A stretch of DNA of 63,262 nt, counting the filler, from Octopus bimaculoides (lineage: Eukaryota): the NCBI RefSeq assembly GCF_001194135.2. It is 5 parts of 4 records of this genome, joined end to end, with 100 filler letters (N's around TTAATTAATTAA, not from the genome) between each part and the next. Parts side by side here need not be neighbours in the genome. Positions count along the whole stretch, not along the records: positions 1 to 13,915 come from NC_068996.1; positions 14,016 to 39,769 come from NC_068981.1; 3 more parts are not named here. One strand, given 5' to 3'. Positions 10,655-23,001 of this stretch are shown here, piece by piece; the stretch's first letter is position 1; every line of letters begins with the position of its first letter. The notes beneath the pieces are model-generated. The model was not told the DNA's origin. It made no database searches and worked only from the letters and a program-made list of their open reading frames with translations. The translations under genes were made by a program, and so were the position numbers.

Positions 10655-10735
10655 TCATAGCCATGTGTTGAGAGAATTCTTTGAGGTTTGAATAAAGTCA
10701 TATCTGGAAACATGGGTGTTTCGTTCATATAAGTT
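10655..10735 (+). repeat. Fragment of the unclassified ~560-bp repeat family
   Basis: CATAGCCATGTGTTGAGAG.AATTCTTTG.GGTTTGAATAA...CTGGAAACATGGGTG matches about 46862-46930. Confidence 0.7.
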
Positions 10736-11204
10736 GTTAGGTCCAAAGTTTTGCCAACAGAACAAAATTATTTATTTTTATCTTTGATATTTAATGCTCA
10801 TTGTTACATTGCTGTACTTTTTTCGATTATCTGTCCCATATAAGTTGGAATTTCTCCCATTTGACCTGGATCTTTCGTTGCTTTGTTGATTTATAAAGAT
10901 TATTTTCCGTGTTATTCAAATTAGCTTTCAATTCAGATACACACACACATGTGCGCCTAATCTTTTGAACTTTCAAAATATTAGTCTAAATGACTGAAAT
11001 GTGCGTTATAGAAGAATCTTTGAAAAAAAGGTTGAAAAAAAAACATTGAAAGGAAAAAATTAACTATAAATGATTGCAGACCAGCTCCGAAATCACCTAA
11101 TTTGCGAATTTCCAACATGAAATGTATTCGACAATTTCAAACTAATCTATATGAAAGAAAATAATATAAGCATTACATACCGTCCTCCTGACGTAGTTAA
11201 CTGG

Positions 11205-12304
11205 ACGTAGTTGATAGATTCCGATATCTGGGTGACCAATTTAGTGGTGGGGGAGGGTGTGCTGAAAGTGTAGCTGCTAGAATAAGAATAGCCTGGGCAA
11301 AGTTCAGAGAGCTCTTACCTCTGCTGGCGACAAAGGGCCTCTTACTCAGAGTAAAAGGCAGACTGTATGACGCATGTGTACGAACAGCCATGCTTCATGG
11401 CAGTGAAACATGGGCCGTGACTGCTGAGGACATGCGTAAGCTTGCAAGGAATGAAGTCAGTGTGTTCCGATGGATGTGTAATGCCAGTGTGCATACTCGA
11501 CAGAGTAAGTACCTTGAGAGAAAAGTTGAACCTAAGAAGCATCAGTTGTAGTGTACAAGAGAGACGATTGCTCTGGTATGGTCGTGTGGTGAGAATGGAT
11601 GAGGATAGCTGTGTGAAAAAGTGCCACACCCTAGCAGTTGAGGGAACCTGTGGAAGAGGCAGGCCCAGGAAGACCTGGGATGAGGTGGTGAAGCCCGATT
11701 TCCGAACATTAGGCCTCACCGAGGCAATGACTTGTGACCGAGACCTTTGGAAATATGCTGTGCGTGAGAAGACCCGGCAAGCCAAGTGAGACCAAAATCC
11801 AAGGCCACTTACACATAACGTTCCTTCTTTGGACACTAAACTCCGCTTGCGAAGACCTGTTGAGGCAAGTGAAATCGAAATCGAAACCGAACTAAATTTG
11901 TAGACTGGCTCCCATGTCAACGTCTCTTCATCGAACACAAAACTCGGCTTGCGAAGACCTGTTGAGGCAAGCGAAAGCGAAATCGTGTTGGTACCTGTTC
12001 CGGTAGATCACTAAGAGCGCAATCGTTGCCAGAGCACCAGCTGTCTGGCTTCCGTGCAGGTGGCACGTAAAATACACCATTTTCGAGCGTGGCCGTTGCC
12101 AGTACCTCCTGACTGGCCGTGCCGGTGGCACGTATAAGCACCCACTACACTCTCGGAGTGGTTGGCGTTAGGAAGGGCATCCAACTGTAGACACTGCCAA
12201 ATCAGATTGGAGCCTGCTGTAACCATCTTGTTCACCAGTCCTCACTCAAAACGTCCAACCCATGCTATCATGGAAAGCGGACATTAAACGATGATGATGA
12301 TGAT
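11205..12304 (+). mobile_element. RTE-clade LINE, 5'-truncated, with long 3' UTR and (GAT)n tail
   Basis: VDRFRYLGD..RIRIAWAKFRELLPLL..LYDACVRTAMLHGSETW..RRLLWYGRVVRM..GRGRPRKTW, stop at 11789; UTR with GTGGTTGGCGTTAGGAAGGGCATCC and an internal ~45-bp direct duplication (about 11841 and 11941). Confidence 0.9.
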
Positions 12305-12369
12305 CACTTCAGAGATGCTTTGTCGCTCATAAGTCTAACCCTAGCTGAGGCTATCACATAGGCTAATAT

Positions 12370-13600
12370 ACTTTTAACACGGGTCTTTAATTTTCCTAGT
12401 TTTAGCTGCTCGGAGGGTTATAACAACCTGGAAGTAAGCAGCTGAAGAGGAAGGATACAAACGCTCTCCTCGATAGCACTAAAGACTTTCTCATACAACA
12501 AATCATCATCCGTCCAATTAGGGAAAATAACATAATCGGCCTAGTCTTTATCACCAATACAGTCTTCATTCACAATGGTCAGTTCATTCCCACCGCTATT
12601 TCCGAGCAAAGCATTATAGAATTATCTGTATATGGTACAAAGAGGGCAACATACTCAAATAACCTTAAACATAACTCATTCATCCTGAACTTAAGTTTCA
12701 GGAAGGCCGACTGGAGAGATATCGAAGCCGAAATCTTCAAAAGAAATTGGTTTCACAGTATTAGCAACCTCAATATTAACGTGGGAATGAAGTTTTTTGT
12801 ATGAAGAGATAATCAAGATCTGTCGAAAGCATGTCCCAAATGAACGCCTACTCCCACCAGAAATTAATTCCACAAGATAGATAGAAACTAATACATAACA
12901 GAACCAAACACATAACCAGATTGATTCTGTAATGGATCAGAATGCATCATATGCTAATGATTCCGCACAAATAACTACATTCTTAAGTGAAGAATGTAAC
13001 AATGCATTTTCCCAACTTATAGTTAACAAAATGATACATAATCCCAACGATTTTTTAAATCCCCACACCTCAACTGCAGAGACACATTGGAAAATTAATG
13101 ATAACATAGATGATATACTTTCAGTTGTTAATAACTCAGATTCAAACTCAGCATCTATACCAGATGGTTTCCCAGCAATATTGCAAAAATTACCTCATGA
13201 AATCATTAAAGGTACTATTTCAAAAGTCGCCAGATACTGACATATTCCCAGGACTATCACGGAGGGATGGTCAAAACTTCGGCATTGGAAAGAATTTTAA
13301 TGCGCAAATTCTCATATACAGTCAGCTTCCAAATACACTACCTTCGAAATCATGAGTAAAAATACCCAATTGTACCTGTCTGATATTTAGAGGTCCCCAA
13401 TTGTTCAACTAGCTATCTAAATTAATCAGAAATATAAAAGGGACTTCTACTGAAACATTAAAATATCCATTCAAGGATGCACTCAGAGGAGATCATCTGC
13501 TAGAAAACTCATTCATAGACCACCTTCTAGTCAAAAAGCAACAAGAAAACTAATAGAAAATTAATTAAGGTGGTACTCCAGCATGGCCGCAGTACTATCG
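12370..13600 (+). mobile_element. CR1/L2-group LINE remnant (internally deleted: endonuclease end, linker, RT start, 3' end)
   Basis: FNFP; QQII.RP.RENNII.LVF (APE C-terminus); LNFRKADW-like linker; PDGFPA; RGPQLFN.L..LIRNI near the 3' end. Confidence 0.7.
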
Positions 13601-13915
13601 TTTAAAGAATACAAGTACACACACTCATGCGTGTGCATGCATGCGTTCGGGCGTGTGTGTGAGTCGTCTTGTTTCAATATTGTACCAGACGAAGTAACAG
13701 TTATATCCATATCACGTGATTTGAACTGTGATTAATTTTATCCTAGCACTTGCGCTAAATCAAATAGATAGAGTGTATAGTATAAATAAAATACTATGAT
13801 ATATTAAATGTATCATAATATGGATGGCCCATTAGCAATTAAAGCCTAATGGCAAATTAATAGATAATGGTTCAAAATGATAACAGCATTACTATATATA
13901 TATATATATATATAT

Positions 13916-14015
13916 NNNNNNNNNNNNNNNNNNNNNNNNNNNNNNNNNNNNNNNNNNNNTTAATTAATTAANNNNNNNNNNNNNNNNNNNNNNNNNNNNN
14001 NNNNNNNNNNNNNNN
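13916..14015. other. Assembly join linker (44 N + TTAATTAATTAA + 44 N)
   Basis: Identical 100-bp construct at four places; the 12-mer gives stop codons in all six frames. Confidence 0.95.
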
Positions 14016-14044
14016 ATATATACATACATACATACGTACATATG

Positions 14045-14075
<31 letters not shown>

Positions 14076-14162
14076 ACATATATATATATATACATGTAGA
14101 ATGGGACAAGGACGCAAAACATCCAGATAGACGATACAAAGAAAACAAGGACAGGTCATTCG

Positions 14163-14285
14163 GACTTTGCCTTTCATCCTTTCAAAGTCGATAAATTACG
14201 TATCAGTTGCATACTGGGGTCGATCTAATCGACGGATCCCTCCCCAAAAATTTTGGACCGTGTGCCTAGAGTAGAAAAGAATAAT
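14163..14285 (+). mobile_element. SINE 3' portion
   Basis: GACTTTGCCTTTCATCCTTTC..GTCGATAAATTA..CTGGGGTCGATCTAATCGAC..GTGCCTAGAGTAGAAAAGAATA. Confidence 0.8.
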
Positions 14286-14379
14286 TTGTGGTACTAGTTC
14301 TGTAGGTTGTCAAAAGATGGCGGCATGTGGTTGCATTCGCAATGAGAGCTAGCAGTGCTCCTAATTAGGCAGTGTGCAG

Positions 14380-14976
14380 AGTTACATCGCTGTGAAATTT
14401 GTGTTTTTGTGGTTTCGTGTATGTTGTAGCCTGCGATTTTGTAATAGACAAGAACAAAGACCTAAACTTAAACTTTGGGAAGCCTGCTACAGAGGCGTTG
14501 AGCATATAAACTACGGCGACGAGACAATAGATCATACGCAATGTTTCGAATGTCATGGGTGCTTCGAAAGCGGAAAAACGTCCCTGGAAGACGATAAGCA
14601 ATCTGGAGGACCTGCGATGAGCGTCACCCCCAGAAATGTATTGTGCATCAATTCGTCCACCAGGCACAGACCGTCAACTGAGGATTTTACTACGTTTTGA
14701 AGCGTTTCAGGAAGGACATTGGGCGAAAGCGCCCGATCTGGGGAGCGCTAAGAATTGGATACTTCAGCGAGCCCTCCTCACTCGTGAATGACTTGCAAAA
14801 AAACAACGTGGTATCGCTCCTGCATCCGCCATATTCTCCCGATTTAGCACATGCGGACTTCCATTTCTTCCTCAAGATGAAAATGCAGCTCAAAGGTCAC
14901 TGTTTTAATAGCGATTTCGCGATCTAGAATCAATCGATTCGCTTACAGAAAACGACTTCCAGGCCGGATCCAAATG
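14380..14976 (+). mobile_element. mariner transposase pseudogene (internally deleted, 3'-truncated)
   Basis: EQR...YGDE....FE....F..GKTSLEDDKQSGGP and HPPYSPDLAHADFHFF.KMK.QLKG motifs. Confidence 0.88.
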
Positions 14977-15586
14977 TCATTCGGAGTTTTCTCTCTTCAG
15001 TCAAGATCCAGATTATCCTTGCAATTTCGGCTGGTCATTCTCGATATTGCTCCAATCTGGCCAGCCCAAGGAAAAACTAAGCTAAAAACATTAGATTCCT
15101 TGGAAGTAAGCAGCGAATGTATACAAAATCAAGGACGAAAAAAACGAACAATGTTACACAAATACTGTAGGAATAAAACAGGTGGTGGTGATGGTGATTG
15201 GATTTTTTTTTTTTAATTAAACTATGTGTTTTTTTATATCACCTATCATTTAACGCATGCACATTAGTGCAATTCTGTGTAAAACATTCACGCTTATTCA
15301 CGTGGCCGATATATGCATTTTAACTAAAGTTTGTATCATATATACGGGATGTTTCTTGTTGTTTATGGGGAAAATGGAAAATGAAAAAATAAGAGAGAAT
15401 ATTTATTTTATCGCTGTTGCGTATTAAATCTATAAAATTTCCGTGAAATTTATCAGATGTATATGTAAAGTGCATTAAATTAGCATAGCAATCCATGCAC
15501 ACACAACACAGGCTACGCTTATACATGTGTGTGTGTGTGTGTGCGTGTGCGTGTGTGTGTGTGTGTGTGCGCGCGTGAGTGCGTGC

Positions 15587-15619
<33 letters not shown>

Positions 15620-15789
15620 TGTGTAAGCTGGATAACTTGGAAAAATCAAACACTGCAAATTTTATGTTTATGCCAATTTACTGTGGGGTGTTTACCAGTT
15701 ATTTCAGTTCAATGCGACCGCTATTCGCTTTTTTTTTACCAGTTCGATCTGTTTACGAAGTGATGCGCATGCCTTAGCTATTTCTTTCT

Positions 15790-16690
15790 TTTTTATTTTA
15801 CTGAATCCTCGCTTGATCGAAACATTCAGTGAAGACACATATCTGTGAGACGTTGCGCTCTATATTGCTTCACCTGCACCCCATAGCCAAAAATCATATA
15901 GATTCAAATCTGGTGAGTTGGAAGACCTCATATCTTCAAAACTTATTGCACTCTTTTCGAAGAATTCGCGAGGACAGAGGCCTGTACAAACCTGACTCGA
16001 CCTTGCATTATGCCTCCTAATCCAAGGTAAAAAAAAAATTCTTCTAAGCTTTTGAAATACTCTGCTGTATTGATTTTAACACCCACTTCAATAAAATGTA
16101 GAGGCATCAATTTCCCATCACTAGCAACAACTCCAAGAACCATAATGGGAGCCCGATTCTTGCTATGCATAGTTGAAGAGTCGTATGCAATCACTCGTGA
16201 CTTTTGACAGTTTACAGCTTCGTCTACCATGAACTTATTTTCATTCAGGAAGATGCGATATCTGCGCCACGTGTTTCAGGTGACTAAGAAGTTACGGACT
16301 TCTTTCAGCTCAAATGGCTTTCGAGCGGGTGGTTAGAAGGTTGCGGTGTCTCCTCACGTAAGATTTCATATGCAGGTCTTGTCTCATAGCCCTAGAAACG
16401 ATCATTTTACAGATTTCCCGATCGAAAGCCAAATTCACCATCGATTTTCATAGATTCGACTCAATTGATCTTTTAAGTCCTGTTATCAAGTGAGACGTGC
16501 ATTTTCGGTAGCTACGAGGACTGTGAGGCTTCCGGACTTTTCTTCAAATTGGCTGCAACTCTAAACACAGTACATTTAGCATACCTTGTAACTCTAACAA
16601 ACTTCCCAGTACTTTTGCCGGCACGAAATCATTCGGCAATCACACATCTACGGCTACATTCTTTATTAACATTCATAGTTTGTTCAATAT
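15790..16690 (-). mobile_element. Tc1/mariner (maT/DD37D-like) transposase pseudogene, nearly full length
   Basis: HTH-like N-terminus, RQDLHMKSY, MVLGVVASDGKLMP..F..GVKINTAEY, WSSNSPDLNLYDFWLWG. Confidence 0.8.
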
Positions 16691-16812
16691 AGAATACAAA
16701 ATAGTACAAGTAATTATTCAAGCTGATAATATTTAGAATTTAGACTCCAACAAAATCTATACAATTAGAAATATATCCATTTGAGATTTGTCCCAAATTA
16801 TCTGTTATATAC

Positions 16813-17068
16813 TTACGAGGTGGTGGTAAAAGTTTCTTGGAGTAGTTATGTTAATAAAGAAATAATTTATTTACCTACGTTTAAAAGTCATCAACTTCGG
16901 AACACGCAGGAATACACCATTCCCAGCGTTCTCACCACATTTGGATCCGGCCTGGAAGTCGTTTTCTGCAAGCGAATCGAGGATCTTGTGCGATCGATTC
17001 TAGATCGAGAAATCGCTATTAAAACAGTCACCTTTGAGCTGCATTTTCATCTTGAGGAAGAAATGTTC
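16813..17068 (-). mobile_element. mariner 3' end with terminal repeat, inverted relative to 14380-14976
   Basis: 16940-17066 is a close reverse-complement match of 14863-14976; it continues to a ..TTTTACCACCACCTCG-TA terminus. Confidence 0.85.
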
Positions 17069-17069
17069 T

Positions 17070-17850
17070 AGTACAGCCTGTTCTCCTTGATAAGTGGACC
17101 GTGTGACCGATCCAATTTGCTTTTTCGGTGACGGTAGCCTGAAGAATATTCACCTCATCTACTGTCTTTTCCAGGACCGCCGCCATCAACCACATAGTGT
17201 CAACTTGAGGTGGGACCTTTGGTATTCTTATTTTGGATCTCCTCATGCCCATGTAAATGTGTATTAAAATCACGTCTTCTGTTTCCAAGGATTTTACTGA
17301 GTGCACTTGTGCAGTTTCAATGCTTTTTAAGTGTACCTCAATGGTACCGAACTTCTTCCCTCTGGCTAGATATGTAATATCCTGCCAAATGGGTTTTAAA
17401 CATTTCTCTATCTTCTCTATGCTTACTCGCTCGATTTTTCTTTCGTTTTTACAATATACTTTGAAAATATTTTTTTTTCTCTGTTAATGAAAATTCGTCT
17501 GGTGGTTGAACCTTGACAACACCGTTTGAAAATGTTTAACATGTTCTTATACGTTAACAGGTCACTTTTGTTCGTCGACAGTTGGCTGGTGGGAATTCTC
17601 TTTCAGACGAATCTGAAACATCTCCCAATAACACTTGTTCAATTTTTTTGGCCTGTACATTGGCCGAGCCTTCGTCTGATGAAGACAAACTTCTTGGCAT
17701 TTTGCCGGCAATTAATGTTTCCCTCGACAGGGGAAAACACACAATAGTTTTCGAACAAAAACTGTTAAATTTAAATAGCAAGTACAACAGGCAAATACAA
17801 CAGGCAATAACAGAAAAACAGTCCACAGAAACTACACTTACTATTTAAAC
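17070..17850 (-). mobile_element. Probable L1/Tx1-like LINE 5' UTR and ORF1 fragment
   Basis: MPRSLSSSDE... then a stop-free stretch from 17483 to about 17070: NIFKVYCKNERKIERVSIEKIEKCLKPIWQDITYLARGKKFGTIEVHL..YMGMRRSKIRIPKVPP, resembling the RRM-like ORF1 of L1/Tx1 elements; family assignment is from recall. Confidence 0.5.
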
Positions 17851-17879
17851 GCACTTCAGCAATAATACTTCCAACTCCC

Positions 17880-17943
17880 AGAGACGAAATACCGCTAGGC
17901 ATTTCGCCCGGAGCACTAGCGTTTCGGCCAGCTCGCCACCTTA
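17880..17943 (-). mobile_element. SINE head fragment
   Basis: Reverse complement AAGGTGGCGAGCTGGCCGAAACGCTAGTGCTCCGGGCGAAATGCCTAGCGGTATTTCG. Confidence 0.85.
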
Positions 17944-17984
17944 AACCAGTAAATTATTGATACTACGTCATATATGTAAGTCTG

Positions 17985-18082
17985 TGTGTGTGTGCGAGCA
18001 TGTGTGTCGGTGTGTGTGCGCGCGTGCTCGTGTATGTATTTGTGTGGGTGTATGCTTGTGTGCGTGTGAGTGTGGGAGTATT

Positions 18083-18141
<59 letters not shown>

Positions 18142-18180
18142 TCGGGGTATATTATATGTATGTATGTGTATATTCATGTA
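17985..18180. repeat. (TG)n/(TA)n compound microsatellite
   Basis: Direct reading. Confidence 0.9.
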
Positions 18181-19749
18181 TTTGGTGTTATACTGCAATA
18201 AACATTTTATACTCTGTATGACAATGACGGTTAATGTAAAATCAGCGCTTAGAACACTCATTGGTATCTATAGTTAATGACTTGAAATATCTGTTGATGG
18301 ATTCGGTAAAAGAATAATAACCGTTGCTGTTTTCCTTGTTTTCCTCAAGTGTATTCTATTTCATACGTTAATATATCCTAAAAAGTTTTAGTTTACATTT
18401 TGCTTATCTCTGTATATCTTGATGTTGTATTCCATAATTTATATGAATGTGCACTCCAGTTTTCAAGCTAACTTTTACATTACATCAGAAACAATTATAT
18501 CTCAGATTCGTTCCTGCAGTAGATAAAAGTGAAGTGAAACAATCAGATTATTGATACAACCTCGTATAAGTGTGACTGTATGCGTGTGCGAGCGTGTGTA
18601 TCAGTGTGTCAGATACATATATTTATGTATATACACACACATTTCTCCATGATGAGAAATTTGCTTTTATAAATATAACTCCTTAAATTATATGCGTTTT
18701 GTAGTATACAAGCAGAAAATGGAATGGATTTGCTTTTGATTTTATATAATCAAGCATATATTTGAACATCCTTCTTTACGTGCCTCTGCGTACGTATGCA
18801 TTTGTGTTTGTGCAATAGATAGAAAGCTATAATATATATATAGTGTAAGTAACTGTATTTCACTGCAGAACAAGAAATGTAAAAATGTCAAGATTGGGTT
18901 GTGGTTACTCAGTTAAAAGTTGCCAACAAAATCATTCTGTTTTTCAAAACATCAAGAAACGCTTGGTCATGCTTGCATAATGCAGAATTTCGTAACACTA
19001 AATCATTCAAGGATATCGAGTAATTTATTTTTCACAGCTTAAATATGCTCAAAAATCTACAATCTACCTATCTATATCTACTAGTTTCAGATTTGTTCTT
19101 TTGTTTCTTTTTAGAGGCTTCACCACATCTCAGTGATGTGGTGGAGTGTAAGACTTTGGGGTTGTTAGTTCTAACACCAAACTTGAACCTGCGCAAATCG
19201 ACACCTGTGGAGAAAATATGAGCTGTGAGAAAACTTTCGATTACCGAATTTTTGAAAACGAATCACGAGCTGAACCAATTTGTGTTTCATCCTAAGTGTT
19301 GGACCTAAGACATGTCCTTCCTAATATCATGTCTGATAATTATATTTAGAGAAGGAGCAGATAGTACAAAGGAAATGCTTTAGTGATTATGCCATGAACT
19401 CAGCCAGCTCAGAATAGCAAGCATGCGTATCGTCCCAGTCGTAAGAGCAACATTTTATAGTCAGTACTCTGAGATCTGTAACGTACAAAATATCAATGAG
19501 GGCTAAATCGTTTTCGGCTATTGAAGAGATAGACCAATTTCTCCGATGCAGTTCTAACTCTGTTAAGATCGTGCGTTTGCCAGATTGACATACTCAGTGA
19601 TAATAATATCCAACAATTAGAATGATTTCGAAGGATTCAACTTAGTGCTGTTTAAGATTAAGATGGATGTGGTCTGAATATATTTCGTCATTTAAGTATC
19701 ATTTGTGTTTTCTTGCTGAATACCTATTAGAATATAGAGAAAGATAGGT

Positions 19750-20905
19750 TTCGCATCTAGCCGCCTCCTTTCCGCTTCCGTCAGACCCCACATCTCTGCG
19801 CCATATTATATTGTCAGCACAATCACGCTCTCATACATACCTCTTTTCGCTTTTGTACTAAACCTTTTATCTCTCAGCATACCTTTCACAACACCAAGTA
19901 TCTTACTCCCCTCCCTCATTCTGTATCCCACCTCCTTAGCCACCACCCATCCTCCGTCACATGTGACCCGAGATACTTAAAAACACTCACCTCCTCTAAC
20001 AGCTCACCATTTCTATTCACATCCATCGTCCCAGACATTCCATCTCTCGAATATTTCATCACCTTACTCTTAGCTACATTTACTTTCAGTTTCTTCCTCT
20101 CATACACTCTTCCAAACTCTATAACCAGTCTCCCCAGTTGCTACTCCGAATCCGCTACCAGTGCTGTATCATCAGCAAACACAAACTGACTCAGCTGCCA
20201 TTTCTCTCCGTCTTCTTCGAACATTTCCGCTCCTCAACCAAAGTTTCTAGCATTTACGTCTCTCACCACACCATCCATATATAAATTAAACAGCCACGAA
20301 GTCCTCACGTAACCCTGTCATAACCCCACCTTCACATCATACCACTCACTTCACAACCCACCCTAATGTACGTCCTACTTTCTCTATAAAAATTCTGAAC
20401 AGATCTCAAAAATCTATCATCTACTCCATAGAACTGCAACACTTACAACATTGCATCCCTATCCACTCGGGCATATGTATTCTCGAGTTCCATAAAGGCC
20501 CAATACACGTCCCTCCCTTTTTTAAATAAGTTTTCACACATCTGTCTTACAACAAATATTTGATCAGCACACACCACTGCCACTCCTAAAGCCACACTGC
20601 TCCTCCCCTAGTTCACTCTCTGTCCGGTTCCTTATCCTAACAACCAGAATTCACCCATACAATTTGCCAACCACACACAACACACTTATACCCCTAAAGT
20701 TTCCAAACATTTGTCCCCTTTCCCCTTGTACAATGGTGCTATATATGCACTGCACAGTCCTCTGGTACTCTTCTAGCCATATAACAATAATTCATAAGCC
20801 TCAATCACTGTTTTTTTAGGCATTCCACGGTATACCCATCTATAACTGGCGCCTTCCGGTTTGCCATCTTCCGCAAGGACTCCCTCAGCTGCTCTCTTCT
20901 AAATG
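19750..20905 (-). mobile_element. RTE-clade LINE reverse transcriptase fragment
   Basis: RKAP.IDG; PLYKGKGD; EEQCGFRSG.GC.DQIF; GLRQG; FVFADDTALVADS; LKVNVAKSKVM; FKYLGS. Confidence 0.9.
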
Positions 20906-22635
20906 CACTGTAGTTCCATTCCCCAACAACAGGCATTCTCTTCTCTCTTCCTGCAGCCACAAAAGTTGCTTCCCCAACTAATACGCCGACATAATCAAGG
21001 ATTTAACGTAAGGAAAAGCACTTCAGCATTTCATAAGCGATTGGTGTTTGTGTGTGTGTGTGTGTTTCTGTGTGTAGGTGTGCGGGGAGATACACGCCCT
21101 TATTTATAATAAGTAATTGTTGTACTAGAGTAATGTCTGATTACTTCTCATACGTATTGATTAATGCATTCGAAATGAAATACAGACAATATCAACGAAG
21201 TATTGTACGGGAATGTAACGTATTTTATTATTGACTCCCTGCCACTGTCACAAGTTTCCGTGTAACGCGTCCCTAAGTCTATACAACTGAATAAAATATT
21301 CTGTGTGCTGTGCAGTTCTTTTTATGACATTGGTATCTGAAATCAAATGCGACCAAAGCAACCCAGATTACCAGCGAGGTTACGAAACTGCATATTTTGA
21401 TAGTTTATATCACGTTTTAGAATGTCTGAAACAATATTCCATCGAAATGGTGAGAATGGATCGTCTGCTATTAGCTCTAAATATTCAGGTAATGATAAAT
21501 ATCGAGAAGATAATTAGCAATTAAATCCCGTAAATTATAAAAGCATTGAGAAAGGGAATGAGACAGTGTATGTTTTACTTCCAGGTTTACGATGAAAACT
21601 GAAAGAATCTCCACCGAAATACAAGTTAATAACTATTAATACCCTACCAATTATTTTGAATCAGATAAATCCATTGATAGAATGGCTATTCAAATCTATA
21701 TTTAAACACCTTACAGGAAATGCAAATTTAAACTTGATTTGTTAAATAGAAACCCATACTTTTCCTGTTCGTATTCTACATTAATGTACAAGGCGTTTGA
21801 CTGTCTTGCAAGTATATATTCTGTTATCGATTTAAACTACAAATTCTTAAGTTTATTATTTTTTGTCATTGTATTGAAACGTATTTTCAACCGCTTTATA
21901 ACTGGGTACAGACAATTGCCAACTGTTTCTATAATAAGTATTGATTTCCTGCTACAATAAACCAACCCATGCTTAAGGTACTAAAAGTAGGCAGAGAGTA
22001 AAAGAGAAAAAAAAAGCAATATAACGCTGCGTATGCACTCGAATTGATTGCTTATTATTGCTCAACTGAATACCCGGTATTTATAAGCAATTTTTATGAC
22101 ATTCTTTCTAAGAATTAAAGAGATGTGTTGCAGTTTTTGCTACGACCTTGATACCATAGTTATTGTGTTGTGCTACTTTTATTGTAGTTAATGTTTATTC
22201 TTTTCATTACTATTTACTGTTGTTGTTTCTGAAGATATATTTGAGGCAGTCTTTTTTGCTTTTGTTGATGTATTTGCTGTCATTGTTATTGTATACTCCT
22301 TCCTGTTGTTATTGTTGTTGTTAATGCTTTTGTATCAAATCAATGAGATTTAGACTAAAAATAACAAAAAACGGATAAGATGCAGAAAAATATGATTGTG
22401 TCTTGACATGAGATTGCTTTTATTTTCTCAGGAACACATACAGTGTTTTTTGGATGGGGTTTTAATGTTAAGGTTAAATATAAAAGAAAATAATAATAAA
22501 CCAGTGCTAATAATGGAAATATGACACAAACTATAAATCCTCGAGTCGAAATGAATTTATAGATTTCAAGAAAGACCTGTCATCACGAATTTGAAAGCAC
22601 AGAGGAAACATTCTTCTTCAATACACGTTACTGGC

Positions 22636-22687
<52 letters not shown>

Positions 22688-22842
22688 NNNNNNNNNNNNN
22701 NNNNNNNNNNNNNNNNNNNNNNNNNNNNNNNNNNNNNNNNNNNNNNNNNNNNNNNNNNNNNNNNNNNNNNNNNNNNNNNNNNNNNNNNNNNNNNNNNNNN
22801 NNNNNNNNNNNNNNNNNNNNNNNNNNNNNNNNNNNNNNNNNN

Positions 22843-22873
<31 letters not shown>

Positions 22874-23001
22874 AGTATTGGTATCCAGAAAACCCAAGGT
22901 GGTAGGTAACGCTATGTAAACGTTATGGGAAGTTACTTAAACTCTCGGTTCGATAATGATACGAGCGAGGAGTTTAATGCGGGTCTTGTATGAGCATTTA
23001 T

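Noticed and set aside
13960-13971. TTAATTAATTAA repeated four times inside N runs, as a possible biological motif or piggyBac target array
   Set aside because: Always centred in an exact 44N+12+44N block; it is an artificial six-frame-stop linker.
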